In this document: piece after piece, positions 11,319 to 22,109 of the stretch | Position numbering within the stretch: position 1 is the first letter of the stretch | How the letters are laid out: every line of letters starts with the position of its first letter | Assembly (NCBI GenBank): GCA_965644495.1 | Contig: CBFFSA010000003.1 | Coordinates: forward strand, 806,001-870,000 | Direction of reading: 5' to 3' | DNA length: 64,000 nucleotides | Source: Perkinsela sp. CCAP 1560/9 | Taxonomy: Eukaryota; Protista; Euglenozoa: Kinetoplastea | Program-made: the position numbers and the translations under genes | Notes under the pieces: generated by a model | The model's database searches: none | What the model saw: the letters and a program-made list of their open reading frames with translations, nothing else | What the model was told of the DNA's origin: nothing

Positions 11319-13076
11319 ATGATGTCCGAAGTCAATTCAATGCACAGCGTGAAAACTGATCTGGCTGTCAACATCCAAGATGTTTTCTACAGTTACCCGA
11401 ATTCAAAAACAGAAGCTCTCCAGGGTGTTTCTCTAGAAGTAATTCCCGGCTCTCGAGTTTTACTCTTAGGAAGCAATGGTAGCGGGAAATCAACTTTGCT
11501 TGATATCATACGAGGCTCTCGCTGCGCCCAGTCCGGAACTGCTCGAATCTTTAATCAGGACGCTTTTAAGGCTACGAACTTAGCGTCACGCATTGCGTTT
11601 ATCGGCCATAGTTGGAGTGAGTCCATGCACTGGCCAGGAACTGTGAAGGATCTTCTATTTCCTTCCAATAGTTTAGCAAGGCATCAAGATCTTACACGCG
11701 AGCTCTGCGCCTTACTACAAGTATCCTTGGCCTGGCGGATTGATCGCATCTCTTCAGGACAGCGACGCAAAATTCAAATTATTTTAAGTCTTTTACAGCC
11801 CACTAATCCGGATCTGATCCTTCTTGATGAATGCTCGAACGATATTGATGCAAATGACAGAAAAAACTTACTACGTTACCTTTTCCAGAAGACAGAAGCA
11901 AGTACTCAAGCCTCGCAAAGTACTGTAATTTTCGCGACTCATATTTTGGAAGATGCTGTGCGATGGGCTACGCACGCAGCTGGGCTTATACAAGGAAAAC
12001 TCGTTCATTTTTCTAAGCTACACGAAGCTAGTAACGTCCACAAGTTGTTGCGCGATCTCTGTCATAGGAGGATGCCTGACCGAACTGACTCTCTCGAGAT
12101 CTCTGAGCCACGTGGCCATCGGAGTTCTCTCTCTTTTTTCAACAAGATCGATTTGCCCAAGGAAGCGATAGATGCATACCGCAACAACCTGTGTTTCAAG
12201 CACGACTGCACGATAACAGCACATGCATTTTACTACGACTATTCAAGTTGTCACGCAGTGGGTAATAGCAGAATAAAAACAGAGCACGGTTCAAAGACAG
12301 GGACTGACCACTCGGAAAGCACAAACAAATTCTTTTTGTTACATAATGTGAACTTTAGTATCGTACCAGGTTCTCGCGTTCTTGTTGTAGGACCCAACGG
12401 CTCAGGTAAGAGTACACTGCTTCGAATGATCGCAAGTAAGACGTTTCTTAAAAAAGAAAGAAATGGTATCTTACGTATCGGTGATTTTATGTGTTTTAAC
12501 GACCTGGAGGCTTCACGCGCGGTAGCTCACGTAGGCACGTGGTGGAATGACTCGGAACCGGAGTGGAACTTTCGTGTTTCGGATCTCATTCAAAGTGAAT
12601 GTAAAATTACTTCAGGTGGTAATATCAGTGCTTTCTTGAAGGATCCCTATCTTTGTTTCCTTCTTCACCTGCTTGAAATTGATCTTCTTTGGCGTGTGCG
12701 TGAGGTGAGTTGTGGAGAGCGCAAACGAATTCAATTTTTGCTACACCTCATGCAGCCGAGGCCTGTAATCTTGCTCGATGAAGCCACAAGTGAGCTTGAC
12801 TTCGCGCAGAGAGAACGACTCCTGAGCTTTCTTTACGAGTTATCTACGAGAGTGAAAGTTACTATAGTGTATGCAACTCATATTTTTGAGGAGGCTCTTC
12901 CCTGGGCAGAATACGTGTTGGAAATTGGACGTATTGCCCCCCTACCTCAAGCGCGATCGGTACATTCGCGCAATGAAATTGTCTCGCCAGAAACACTGAC
13001 CAATGCCGTATTGTATCCTTCTACAGAATTCTGTTCGAGTGACCAAAAAAAGTTTTACTGTTGTAATGAGGAATAA
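11319..13076 (+). CDS. Soluble ABC ATPase with two nucleotide-binding domains (CAF16-like)
   Basis: Two Walker A (GSNGSGKST, GPNGSGKST), two signatures (SSGQRRK, SCGERKR), two LLDE and two ATH switch motifs; no transmembrane domain. Confidence 0.9.
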   Translation: MMSEVNSMHSVKTDLAVNIQDVFYSYPNSKTEALQGVSLEVIPGSRVLLLGSNGSGKSTLLDIIRGSRCAQSGTARIFNQDAFKATNLASRIAFIGHSWSESMHWPGTVKDLLFPSNSLARHQDLTRELCALLQVSLAWRIDRISSGQRRKIQIILSLLQPTNPDLILLDECSNDIDANDRKNLLRYLFQKTEASTQASQSTVIFATHILEDAVRWATHAAGLIQGKLVHFSKLHEASNVHKLLRDLCHRRMPDRTDSLEISEPRGHRSSLSFFNKIDLPKEAIDAYRNNLCFKHDCTITAHAFYYDYSSCHAVGNSRIKTEHGSKTGTDHSESTNKFFLLHNVNFSIVPGSRVLVVGPNGSGKSTLLRMIASKTFLKKERNGILRIGDFMCFNDLEASRAVAHVGTWWNDSEPEWNFRVSDLIQSECKITSGGNISAFLKDPYLCFLLHLLEIDLLWRVREVSCGERKRIQFLLHLMQPRPVILLDEATSELDFAQRERLLSFLYELSTRVKVTIVYATHIFEEALPWAEYVLEIGRIAPLPQARSVHSRNEIVSPETLTNAVLYPSTEFCSSDQKKFYCCNEE

Positions 13077-13673
13077 GAGGAGAAATAAAGAAGGTGACGA
13101 TACCCTGCACAAGAGCGTGAACTCCTTATTTTGCTCGAAATTGATCCCACGTATGTCAGCAGGACTTTGCATGTAAACTACACACGCATGTGGAATATTA
13201 AACATTTATACATGTATTTGTGTAATTGTACTTGTGGCTTGATGTTCCCCTCTAGATGTCGGTGCGCTATGACGTGGAGAAACGAGATTATCTGACCTCT
13301 AAATCACTAGGATCATTTAAAGCATGTATCCGTTGGAGTGAGAGTAGGGGTTGCGTACATCCTTGCACTTGTATGCGGACTATGAAGACTACATGCACGA
13401 AAGACGACCCCAGAAAGGCAACGCCGAAATTGTACAGGCGGCCGTAATCAATTGATACCTTCACTGGGTGCGTTAACGTGGGGGGTGGGGTTAGGGTCTG
13501 CTATGAAACTATTTTTTCATGTGAAGTTTTATTCACCTTTTTCCACATTTCATGTACATTATTTTTCTTTTGCATCTACACCAAATACACGTGTGAATAT
13601 CGTTAAGTTACGTACCCCAGACTCCTCGATAGACACCAATAGCGATTCCCTGGTGAACTAGTGTGTCGAGTAT

Positions 13674-14924
13674 ATGGAAGAAACTGGAAACTCGTTTGAA
13701 AAGTTTCGCCAAAGTCTCCTGGAGCTTAGTTGGAGACTCGAAAACATAGATGAAGGAACCAAAAGGTTTGCCATTGATGCGGAACGCTTAAGGTTGTTAG
13801 AGCAGGGCGGAGGTGAAGAGGAGCGAACCAATTTGCATCACGCGTCGTATATTCAAGAAATAGAATTGCAGGAGATGTTACATCAACCCAACTGTAATTT
13901 TTTGGAAGTTTACAGTTGGATAACAGAACGCCAACGTACCGATTCGTTATGCGCATATCGGGTGCAAGAAATAGTGCAGAATTTTCTCGATCGAGAGTTA
14001 AGGCATTGGGGGGCCGTACCGGATGATTTATTGCGTGTAGTCGTCGGTCTTGGTATGTACGAAAACGCACGAAAAGCGTTATTCCTTTCAAAAACGCATT
14101 GCTTGAGCCAATTTGTGAACGCAGAACTATTCCACAGTTTATTAGCTTCGCCTACTGATCAGGCAGAAGCGTTAGCTGGTATTTTTACTGCTGGTTTCCT
14201 AAACATGAAAGAAGTGTATGAGCGCATTTTTGGAGTGGAGAGCTTTGCTTTCGTACAGGAAGGAAAATGTTGGCTAATGAACGAACTTGCGAAGGCGTTT
14301 GCTCGTTTGCTTCCTATACTTTTGGAGGCCACTTGCTTGCCGCAATATTCTACCTGCATGCAATCGTTAAAGATTATAGAAAGCGACTTCTTACCTGACG
14401 CATCACCGTTTATTCCGCACAGTCTTTTTGACTGCGAAAATAAAGCGCATTTCACGGAACTTTTAAGAAAACATACAGACGATTGGATATCCAATGTTCT
14501 TAAACCCTACATGCAATCTGGAAACGCGGAAAATGCCAAAGCGTTGCGATTTACAAAAAATGGTATTCTTAGTGATCGCACAAGAAGCCTTTATGTCTCG
14601 GAACACTTAATACAGCTTGATATATTCCTTGCCAAACTAGCAACATTAATCGGAAATCTGCCTGTCTGGATTCGAGCCAACCACTTGAGAAAACAAATTC
14701 TGCATGAATGTTCTTACCTCGCACGTCAGTATACAGCACAAGTTTTGCAAAGAAAAAACTCTAGTCTCGCGGAGAATGTGTGCTACGTCGTTGATGCCAA
14801 TTTACATCATTTTGGCGTCACTCTTTGGCCTCAGTTCCAAGCTCTTTTGCGTCAGTTACATGTACGTCCGAAGCAGATGCCCAAATTCGAACTTTGCGAA
14901 TTGTCCTTAGATTTTTTAGCTTAA
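13674..14924 (+). CDS. Hypothetical alpha-helical protein (weak resemblance to COG8-type tethering subunits)
   Basis: 416-aa ORF with an N-terminal coiled coil; the family guess is weak. Confidence 0.7.
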   Translation: MEETGNSFEKFRQSLLELSWRLENIDEGTKRFAIDAERLRLLEQGGGEEERTNLHHASYIQEIELQEMLHQPNCNFLEVYSWITERQRTDSLCAYRVQEIVQNFLDRELRHWGAVPDDLLRVVVGLGMYENARKALFLSKTHCLSQFVNAELFHSLLASPTDQAEALAGIFTAGFLNMKEVYERIFGVESFAFVQEGKCWLMNELAKAFARLLPILLEATCLPQYSTCMQSLKIIESDFLPDASPFIPHSLFDCENKAHFTELLRKHTDDWISNVLKPYMQSGNAENAKALRFTKNGILSDRTRSLYVSEHLIQLDIFLAKLATLIGNLPVWIRANHLRKQILHECSYLARQYTAQVLQRKNSSLAENVCYVVDANLHHFGVTLWPQFQALLRQLHVRPKQMPKFELCELSLDFLA

Positions 14925-14971
14925 GCATGACCATGCAATGTGGATGCTTTAATGGATACACCTATTCCAGG

Positions 14972-15010
14972 CTCTATGCTTAGCCACCCTATTCACAAAT
15001 TGCACCTCTT
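14972..15010. repeat. 39-bp direct repeat, copy 1 (copy 2 at 17434-17472)
   Basis: CTCTATGCTTAGCCACCCTATTCACAAATT(G/A)CACCTCTT at both sites, one mismatch. Confidence 0.9.
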
Positions 15011-15262
15011 CTCTCCAAGAGCTCTAATTTTTCGTCGTAGACACGTCGTGTTGAGTCACATATGGAATGTGAGGAAAGCGACTCGAGTGAAATATTTGCA
15101 GAAGTGGTAGGCATGTCAAAAGAATAGCTGAGGGACATTGTGACAGGTATAGGGAAATGAAAAGATGAAGAAAAAACGGCGTTGCCCGGACCTGAAGACG
15201 TTTATTACAGTACGTGTACAGTACGAAGTATTTTTTTCCCTTCTGCCTTGAATTTTTTACTT

Positions 15263-15896
15263 TCATTCCACGCTGAGTTCTGTCGCTCCCTCTATTATTT
15301 GGGTCTCCAGGGCGGGGAGTTCCGAAACTGAGATTTTGTCCTGCATCTCCAAAAAGCCTTTCATAACTGCTTGGATTGGGACGAGCTTCGTACTTGGACT
15401 TATTGATTTGTAGTGCGATCTTCTTGAGAGATGCCGATAGAAATGTGAGCGCCGCGTGTCCGTGGTCGGGGAGACCCAGTAAGGTGATGTCGTCGAGATA
15501 AGCTCGCATACTGATTTGGTTTTCGAAACGTGTGGCCACCTCCTGAAAGACATGCTGGATTCCAAGTGCGAACAAGAGAGGCCCCAGAGGGTCACCTTTT
15601 CGGACGCCACGGGCGCTGTGGATAACAACTTTATCCTGAACAAGGAGAGTTTCGGGCGTTGTATAACAGAAATAGAAGTACCCTAACAATTTTTCAAACT
15701 TTGTCCCGGGTTTTAGCGCTTCTCCTATAGAATTGCGATCAAGACAGTTGAAGGCATTTGTAACGTCGACGGTCATTAGAATTCGCTCAGGGTCAGATCG
15801 AAAATCTTCTCGACTTTGGAGAATTACGTGGTGACATCCGTTCGGAGTACCTACGCCATACTGAATGTTCTTCCTGAATGTCCATCCTGAGGACAC
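15263..15896 (-). mobile_element. Reverse-transcriptase fragment of a CRE/SLACS/CZAR-clade non-LTR retrotransposon (degenerate)
   Basis: QYGVG, VDVTNAFN, GVRKGDPLGPLLF and AYLDD motifs; frameshifted downstream. Confidence 0.85.
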
Positions 15897-16232
15897 AACT
15901 TACACTCTGCTATTTGATTCTCTCCTTCTGTGCTCTTCATTTCAACGAAAAAATCCTTGCAGAACTTTCCTCCGCTGAGTTGATCCATAGGAAAGGCAAG
16001 ATGAATGAGACAGTAAATAAGAGACTATGCTCAGTAAAATAATGTTCTCTAAAAAAATGAAGTTATTATAAAGTACTTTGGTCAAATCACCCTTTTTTCC
16101 CCAAAACTTTAGATGTTTTGAAGGGCACTCCAAATACTAAAATTTACTTGTATTTCATCAGCTCATCTTTTGAGGCTGAAATAAAGGCCATTCGTGCTTT
16201 CAATTTCTCATTTAGTTCGTTCATTTGTTGTC

Positions 16233-17045
16233 GGCCAAAGTAAAGGAATATTGCATAAGTCAAGAAATATTGCATAAGTCAAGAATCACTTCTGTCCTGT
16301 TCCCGGTAAGGTCCCGGAGCTGCGAGAGGCCTCCATACCCCACAACTACCACCGTCCCCCCTACACTCCCATGCCGAAATAGAAAAGGAAACCTCTCCGC
16401 CGCATGAGGAGAGCTTTTTATTTGATTTCTTTTCTATTTTACGTAGTTTACGACTGGGTTGCTTTGAAAAATACGGATTTGGCGATCTTTTTTGATTTGG
16501 GTTCGATAGTTTTTGGCGAGGTGTCGGACATGTGCTGTCATAGTGGCTGCGTCCGTCTTTTTCAGATACCGAACAAAGATCACAGGATTCATGGGATGCT
16601 TGCTTGCTATTCCTTGAGCCTATAGGATCTGTAAAGTATCTTTGATGCCCCGTTTGCTCTTCTGGCTAACAGGGGGTTCCAAAAGGGGCTAAAAAGGTGA
16701 TACTGTACCGATCCCGGCAACCTTTGGTCTCCAGGTCAGGGGAATACCAAAACTCTCCATCGCAGACGCAAGATAACTCCTTATTTCCATGGTACTTTTT
16801 TTCGTACACCAGACCAGTTGTGCCACAAGCCGATGATTCCGCAACCAACGAGCTAGGATTTCTTCACTCACGTCCCCAAAATTGGTGAAAGACAGATACT
16901 CAATCGTCGCAAGCCGCACAAAACCAGTGAAGACGGTGAGGCATGAAACAAAAGAAATAAGTTATTTCTTTTGTTTATTAAGTTATTTCTTTTGTGTTAT
17001 TTAAATAACACAATTTACGGCTTATGCAATATTCATTGACTTTCC
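16233..17045 (-). mobile_element. Degenerate Merlin/IS1595-like element
   Basis: Inverted ends AAAGT.AA.GAATATTGCATAAG, reiterated at the left end. The internal peptide ARWLRNHRLVAQLVWC...CRDRYS is homologous to the Merlin N-terminus at 30887-31159. Confidence 0.7.
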
Positions 17046-17433
17046 TTCGATCGATACGCTACCGAACTCCAAAAGTGTGCCACACGTTTGTCAGTCTGGT
17101 GTACCACAATTTGAGCCCTGGAACTTCTATAAATGTACTTACTTCTATAAATGTCCCCAAATGGCTTGGTGCAAATAGCTTATTTGCACCAAGCCCATTG
17201 ATTATTGTTATAACCCATTGACTTATTATAAGTCAATGTCTTCTCTTTCGTCAATACCGATCTAGAAGGATCGTAAAATCGCTGAACTCGAAAAAACATT
17301 GAAGTATTTTGGGTGAAAAAATGGCGATTCCGCCAAGCACATATAATTTAAACAGTATATAATTTAAACAATAATTTAAACTTTTAAAATATCCGCGATC
17401 CCTGCTTATTTTATTAGATCGACCCACTCCGGA

Positions 17434-17472
17434 CTCTATGCTTAGCCACCCTATTCACAAATTACACCTCTT
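17434..17472. repeat. 39-bp direct repeat, copy 2
   Basis: Matches 14972-15010. Confidence 0.9.
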
Positions 17473-17671
17473 TACTCTACGCCACTCTCATTTTCCTTTC
17501 TTACATTTCTATTCCACCTCCCGTCCTTAACCACATCCTCTTTTCCACCCTTCCTCTCTTCTCTTTTTTCCCTCTTTTCTACGCTAAACGTTTCCCCACC
17601 ACACTACCCACCCCAAAATGAACCACTAACCTTCCCTGAGACACACAAACACACACAAAAAAACGAAACAA

Positions 17672-18739
17672 ATGTCCCTTCCACCCCCCTCCACCCTCTC
17701 CCCACCCCCTTCCCCCGACCACCCCCCCTCCCCCTCTCCCTCCTACCCCACCCTCCCCGACCTCGACACCCTCCTCTCCAAACTCCTCGAGGTCCGTGGT
17801 CGACGCCCCGGCAAGCAAGTCAACCTTCTCGAATCCGAAATCCACGCCCTCGCCCTCACCGCGCGCGAGATCTTCCTGGCCCAGCCCGTCCTCCTCGAGC
17901 TCCACGCCCCGATAAAAATCTGCGGCGACATCCACGGCCAGTACCGCGACCTGCTCCGGTTGTTCGAGATCGGGGGCTACCCCGACACCACGAACTACCT
18001 CTTCCTCGGGGACTACGTCGACCGCGGCAAGCAGTCCCTCGAGACCCTGTGTCTCCTATTCGTGTACAAAATCAAATACCCGGAAAATATTTTCCTGCTA
18101 AGAGGGAATCACGAGAGCGCGAGTATCAACCGGATCTACGGGTTCTTCGAGGAGTGCAAGCGGCGGTACAGCGTGCGGCTGTGGAAGGTGTTCACGGACA
18201 CGTTCAACACGATGCCCGTGGTGGCGTGGGTGGAGGGGAGGGTGCTGTGTATGCACGGGGGGCTGAGCCCGGAGATGGTGGGGGCGGGCGGGGGGGACCC
18301 CACCAACACGACAAACATCCACACAGAGAAAATAAGAAACCGTAATCATGATTTAGCCACCCAGTTGAATTCGATACTCCGCCCGACGGATATCCCCGAT
18401 CGCGGGTTGTTGTGTGATTTGCTGTGGTCGGATCCGGAGGAGGGGACGAGCGGGTGGGGGGAGAATGACCGCGGGGTGAGTTACACCTTCGGGGAGGACG
18501 TGGTGGAGGGGTTTTGTAGGGAACATGAGCTGGATTTGATTTGTCGAGCCCACCAGGTGGTGCAGGATGGGTACCAGTTTTTTAGTGAGCGGCGGCTGGT
18601 GACGGTGTTTAGCGCCCCGAATTACTGTGGGGAGTTTGATAACGCCGCCGCGATGTTGTGTATGGATGAGGAGATGGTGTGTTCGTTTCAGGTGCTGCGG
18701 CCGGTGAGTGCACGGGAAGGGGGGAGGTCATGGTTGTGA
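17672..18739 (+). CDS. PP1: Serine/threonine protein phosphatase 1 catalytic subunit
   Basis: GDIHGQ, GDYVDRG, RGNHE, HGGLSP, RAHQVV and [11 protein letters not shown] motifs. Confidence 0.97.
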   Translation: MSLPPPSTLSPPPSPDHPPSPSPSYPTLPDLDTLLSKLLEVRGRRPGKQVNLLESEIHALALTAREIFLAQPVLLELHAPIKICGDIHGQYRDLLRLFEIGGYPDTTNYLFLGDYVDRGKQSLETLCLLFVYKIKYPENIFLLRGNHESASINRIYGFFEECKRRYSVRLWKVFTDTFNTMPVVAWVEGRVLCMHGGLSPEMVGAGGGDPTNTTNIHTEKIRNRNHDLATQLNSILRPTDIPDRGLLCDLLWSDPEEGTSGWGENDRGVSYTFGEDVVEGFCREHELDLICRAHQVVQDGYQFFSERRLVTVFSAPNYCGEFDNAAAMLCMDEEMVCSFQVLRPVSAREGGRSWL

Positions 18740-19135
18740 AGAAAGGGTGGAAAGCTGGGGTTTCTACAAATTTTTGTAGAAATAAGGGGAAAGAGCGAGA
18801 GTGGCTCATTGCTGTGACGGAAAGAGGTCCTGAAAGTGAGAATCCTCACTGGGATAGGTAGTAAATAGGTAACTCATATGAAGTAGGCCGCTAGATGTAT
18901 GTAAGATTGCTGGGCTATGTTACAGCATTATAGGCAGTAGATTAATAACTTAGATTCTAAAATTTGTAACCCCTTTAATACGATTTTATTTATCAAAATC
19001 CAACGTTGAGGGTAAGGAAGTTTATGTGGAGAACGCGCACAGACAGTGCAAACGCTAAATTAGAGTCATATTACACAGAACAAGTCTTTTCTGTTGTATT
19101 TTCATAGTCTACGGATCAGTTCGTCTTATAAAAAT

Positions 19136-19531
19136 ATGACTCGCACCCTTGTGGCCGAGCTGCCTCCCATGACCAAGGAGGATCTTCGAAATTTTGAGAC
19201 ACATGGCAATATCTGGGGACAGCAAAGAGCCATACGACGCAAACAGCTCAACGTCTCGGCCGTTACTTCCGTCGCACTGGGTTCTCTAAGTTCCTATTAT
19301 GCGTTGTATCCCCGACGCAACACTAGGTTGGTGGGACTTGCCATGTTTGTCGCGGGAAGCACAGCCGGAGCCGTCTTGGGAAATTATTTCGGCATGTGCG
19401 TATATCCTAGTGTAGCGCGTAATGATGAGACAACCATGATGCGACGACTGTGGTGGGCCAAACAATGTGCTGGAGATGCACAGGAGGTGCCAACTTTTTT
19501 GGAAGTGGAAGACACACAGGATTCTTCTTGA
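19136..19531 (+). CDS. Small protein with two hydrophobic helices (probable mitochondrial membrane protein)
   Basis: 131 aa from ATG 19136, with two Gly/Ala-rich hydrophobic segments. Confidence 0.7.
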   Translation: MTRTLVAELPPMTKEDLRNFETHGNIWGQQRAIRRKQLNVSAVTSVALGSLSSYYALYPRRNTRLVGLAMFVAGSTAGAVLGNYFGMCVYPSVARNDETTMMRRLWWAKQCAGDAQEVPTFLEVEDTQDSS

Positions 19532-19753
19532 AAAAAACGTATCTGCTCGTTTAATACTTTAGCACACACCTTGAGATATTGTGCTCAACCATTTGATACC
19601 GCATACATCGTATGATGAAAGGTTTTCTCAGTTGTACCACAAAAAAAGCGAATGGTTTATAGAAATTTAAGTATGAATGGATAAAGTAAATTCCGTAGAT
19701 GCCATGGTTTTATATTCTATTTTTTGAATACTTTCTGTCCCTTCACTTGTGTC

Positions 19754-20881
19754 ATGTGTTTATGGAATATCAAAAGGCGTGAGAAGAAAAAGGACGTGAG
19801 CCAAGACCCGAAAATAAAGCAAGGGAAAAAGAATTTTAAATCGAAAGTTGCACAATTTTCTTCGCAGTCAAAAGTTGCTAAAAAAGTCGTTGCTGCTACG
19901 AGACTGCCAAGGCAAGATTCTGGAAATTGCATACAATACCTGCAAGAGCACCTACAAGGAAGCCGATTTCGAAACCTCAACGAACTTCTCTACAATCAAT
20001 CTACTAAAAGTAGCTTTAAAATGTTTCGCAAAGACCCTTCTTTGTACAATGTTTATCACGAAGGATACGAACATCAACGGGGGCAATGGCCACAAGATCC
20101 ACTACTCCCTATCGTAAGCTTTGTAGAAATTTTATATCGGCAGTATCGCCATTTTTTAGAAGGTAAACACGGAACAGGCGCGAAAGTGAAGCCAAAGTCC
20201 GCTGATTTCGCCGTTGCAGATCTCGGTTGCGGTACTGGGCGATTGGCGGAACTTTTGCACATGAAAGTCAATAAAATGTCGCTCACTGACGAGTCCCGGA
20301 ATGCTGAGAACACTTCGCACGAAAGTTTCGGAGGTGAAGGAAAAATTGGACCACCACTACACATAGAGAATATGGTAGTTCACAGTTTTGATTACGTAGC
20401 TTTAAAACCCTTTATTGAAATTGCGGATTGTAGCAATCTTCCCTTGAAGGAGAATAGCATGCATGTTGTTGTATTTTGCCTTTCCCTGATGGGAGAAAAT
20501 TTCTTGGATAGTCTCATTGAAGCATATCGTGTTCTTAAGCCACGTAGTCCTAAGTCAAAAGCTGGACGTCTGTTAATATGTGAGGTTACAAGTCGAATTC
20601 AAAATCCCAATGAATTCATTGAATTGTTAGAAGCTGTTGGATTTGTTCAGGTAAAAAACCATGTTCGATTAAAAGGTGGGGAAGACATGACAGAAACAAA
20701 ATCACAGGGGAAGAGTTATTTTACTTATTTCGCGGCGCGAAAGGACTTTGGAATACTTAAGAAGACACAGTCAGATTCTTGTGCGAATCCTCGGGATTAT
20801 TTAATTCAACGTCGGAAGGACATCCTTGAAAAATTTACACCGTCTAGAATCCTTCTGCCTCTGAGTGCGAAGCCTCGATAA
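19754..20881 (+). CDS. RRP8: rRNA methyltransferase RRP8 (nucleomethylin)
   Basis: SRFRNLNELLY, YHEGY..Q...WP, ADLGCG and VFCLSLMG motifs; start codon uncertain. Confidence 0.93.
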   Translation: MCLWNIKRREKKKDVSQDPKIKQGKKNFKSKVAQFSSQSKVAKKVVAATRLPRQDSGNCIQYLQEHLQGSRFRNLNELLYNQSTKSSFKMFRKDPSLYNVYHEGYEHQRGQWPQDPLLPIVSFVEILYRQYRHFLEGKHGTGAKVKPKSADFAVADLGCGTGRLAELLHMKVNKMSLTDESRNAENTSHESFGGEGKIGPPLHIENMVVHSFDYVALKPFIEIADCSNLPLKENSMHVVVFCLSLMGENFLDSLIEAYRVLKPRSPKSKAGRLLICEVTSRIQNPNEFIELLEAVGFVQVKNHVRLKGGEDMTETKSQGKSYFTYFAARKDFGILKKTQSDSCANPRDYLIQRRKDILEKFTPSRILLPLSAKPR

Positions 20882-21142
20882 TTTTCTTATTTACTACGCA
20901 ATGAGCATTTTTAGTGATACAGAGTTCACACTGGAAGTCTATTTTTCATTATGTAGTTTCTTACTTAAGCGAGGCATTTTGTATACGTACTCTAAAATTA
21001 TTTCACGATCCTGTCGAAACATCCTATTCTTTAGCTAAGGAATCCCATCTGAAGCTGCAACTCGACTTCTATAATTAGGGTTTATCAATTCTTATCAAAG
21101 TATCCCATTTTTTCAATTTTTTCGTGTTAGTATGTCGTACCC

Positions 21143-21616
21143 ATGAACTTTTTAAAAACTTTATCAGACTGGAAATTGAAACAAAGACTACGATTCCGTT
21201 ACCATTATCTCACCACTACCGGTAACAGTAGCCACAAGCAATCGCCATCTCCCTCAACCAACTTCACAATAACGGAGAGCCCATTTCAAAAGACTCTCCA
21301 GTCCCTTTCCTCACAATTCCAGGAGAAAGAGTGGGAGTGTTGGTGTGGGCACAAGTTCCGCGCACCCGGAATATGGATTCCATGCGCCCCTACTATGTGC
21401 CAAGCCCCGCGGTGTCCCAATCCTCGATATTTTATTGACGGAGGGGGAAAGCAGAAGCTCGAAGAGAGAGCACGATTGGGGTGTTCACCGTCACCTCTCC
21501 CCAGTCGCAGCGTGGGGTCCGATGAGGTACAGAACAGAATCTCGAGTCAGGATCTCCCAAATGTCATATGTTTGAGCGACGGGTTGGAAAAACAATCCAA
21601 GACTCCTCCGCCTTAA
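21143..21616 (+). CDS. Hypothetical protein with a possible zinc ribbon
   Basis: WECWCGH...CQAPRCPNP; on the coding strand. Confidence 0.65.
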   Translation: MNFLKTLSDWKLKQRLRFRYHYLTTTGNSSHKQSPSPSTNFTITESPFQKTLQSLSSQFQEKEWECWCGHKFRAPGIWIPCAPTMCQAPRCPNPRYFIDGGGKQKLEERARLGCSPSPLPSRSVGSDEVQNRISSQDLPNVICLSDGLEKQSKTPPP

Positions 21617-22109
21617 GATTCAATTAATAAACTTTCAATTAACTATTTCAATTAATAAACTTTCTGGACGATGCACTGAGCGTGAAGAAAATTGTACACT
21701 ACGATTCGTAACTTACGTGTTCTTTTTGTTGTTTGGTTTCTACTTGGTTGCTATGAATTTGAAAATCAAGAGTGCCTTTAAAGTCCTACGACATGTATTT
21801 CACTGCCTACTTACATTTTCTGAATACAGCAAGTACGATACTCTGGACGCAATGTGGGCCAAAAGTGGACTCACTTGGTCCGCTTTGTTTAGGCGGCACA
21901 ATAATACCATTACAATATAGTGGTACATAGTACATGCTACGCGCATTCAGATTGTGTGCGGTATATTTGGTGATAGCAGTGAGGCAAACTATCAACACAC
22001 GGCAGAGTTCCCTTTCAATTTGTCTCAACAAATCCTCTTTAGGTTACAAATCCTCTTTAGGTATGCTATTTTCTCAGGGGTTCGAAAAACTTCAAAAACT
22101 ATAAATATA

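Noticed and set aside
13481-13497. Telomere-like or UMS-like G-rich motif
   Set aside because: A single TTAGGG, with no array and no exact GGGGTTGGTGTA.
18278-18356. GT...AG segment in PP1 as a cis-intron
   Set aside because: It is 79 nt, so removal would frameshift; the ORF reads through; cis-introns are very rare in kinetoplastids.
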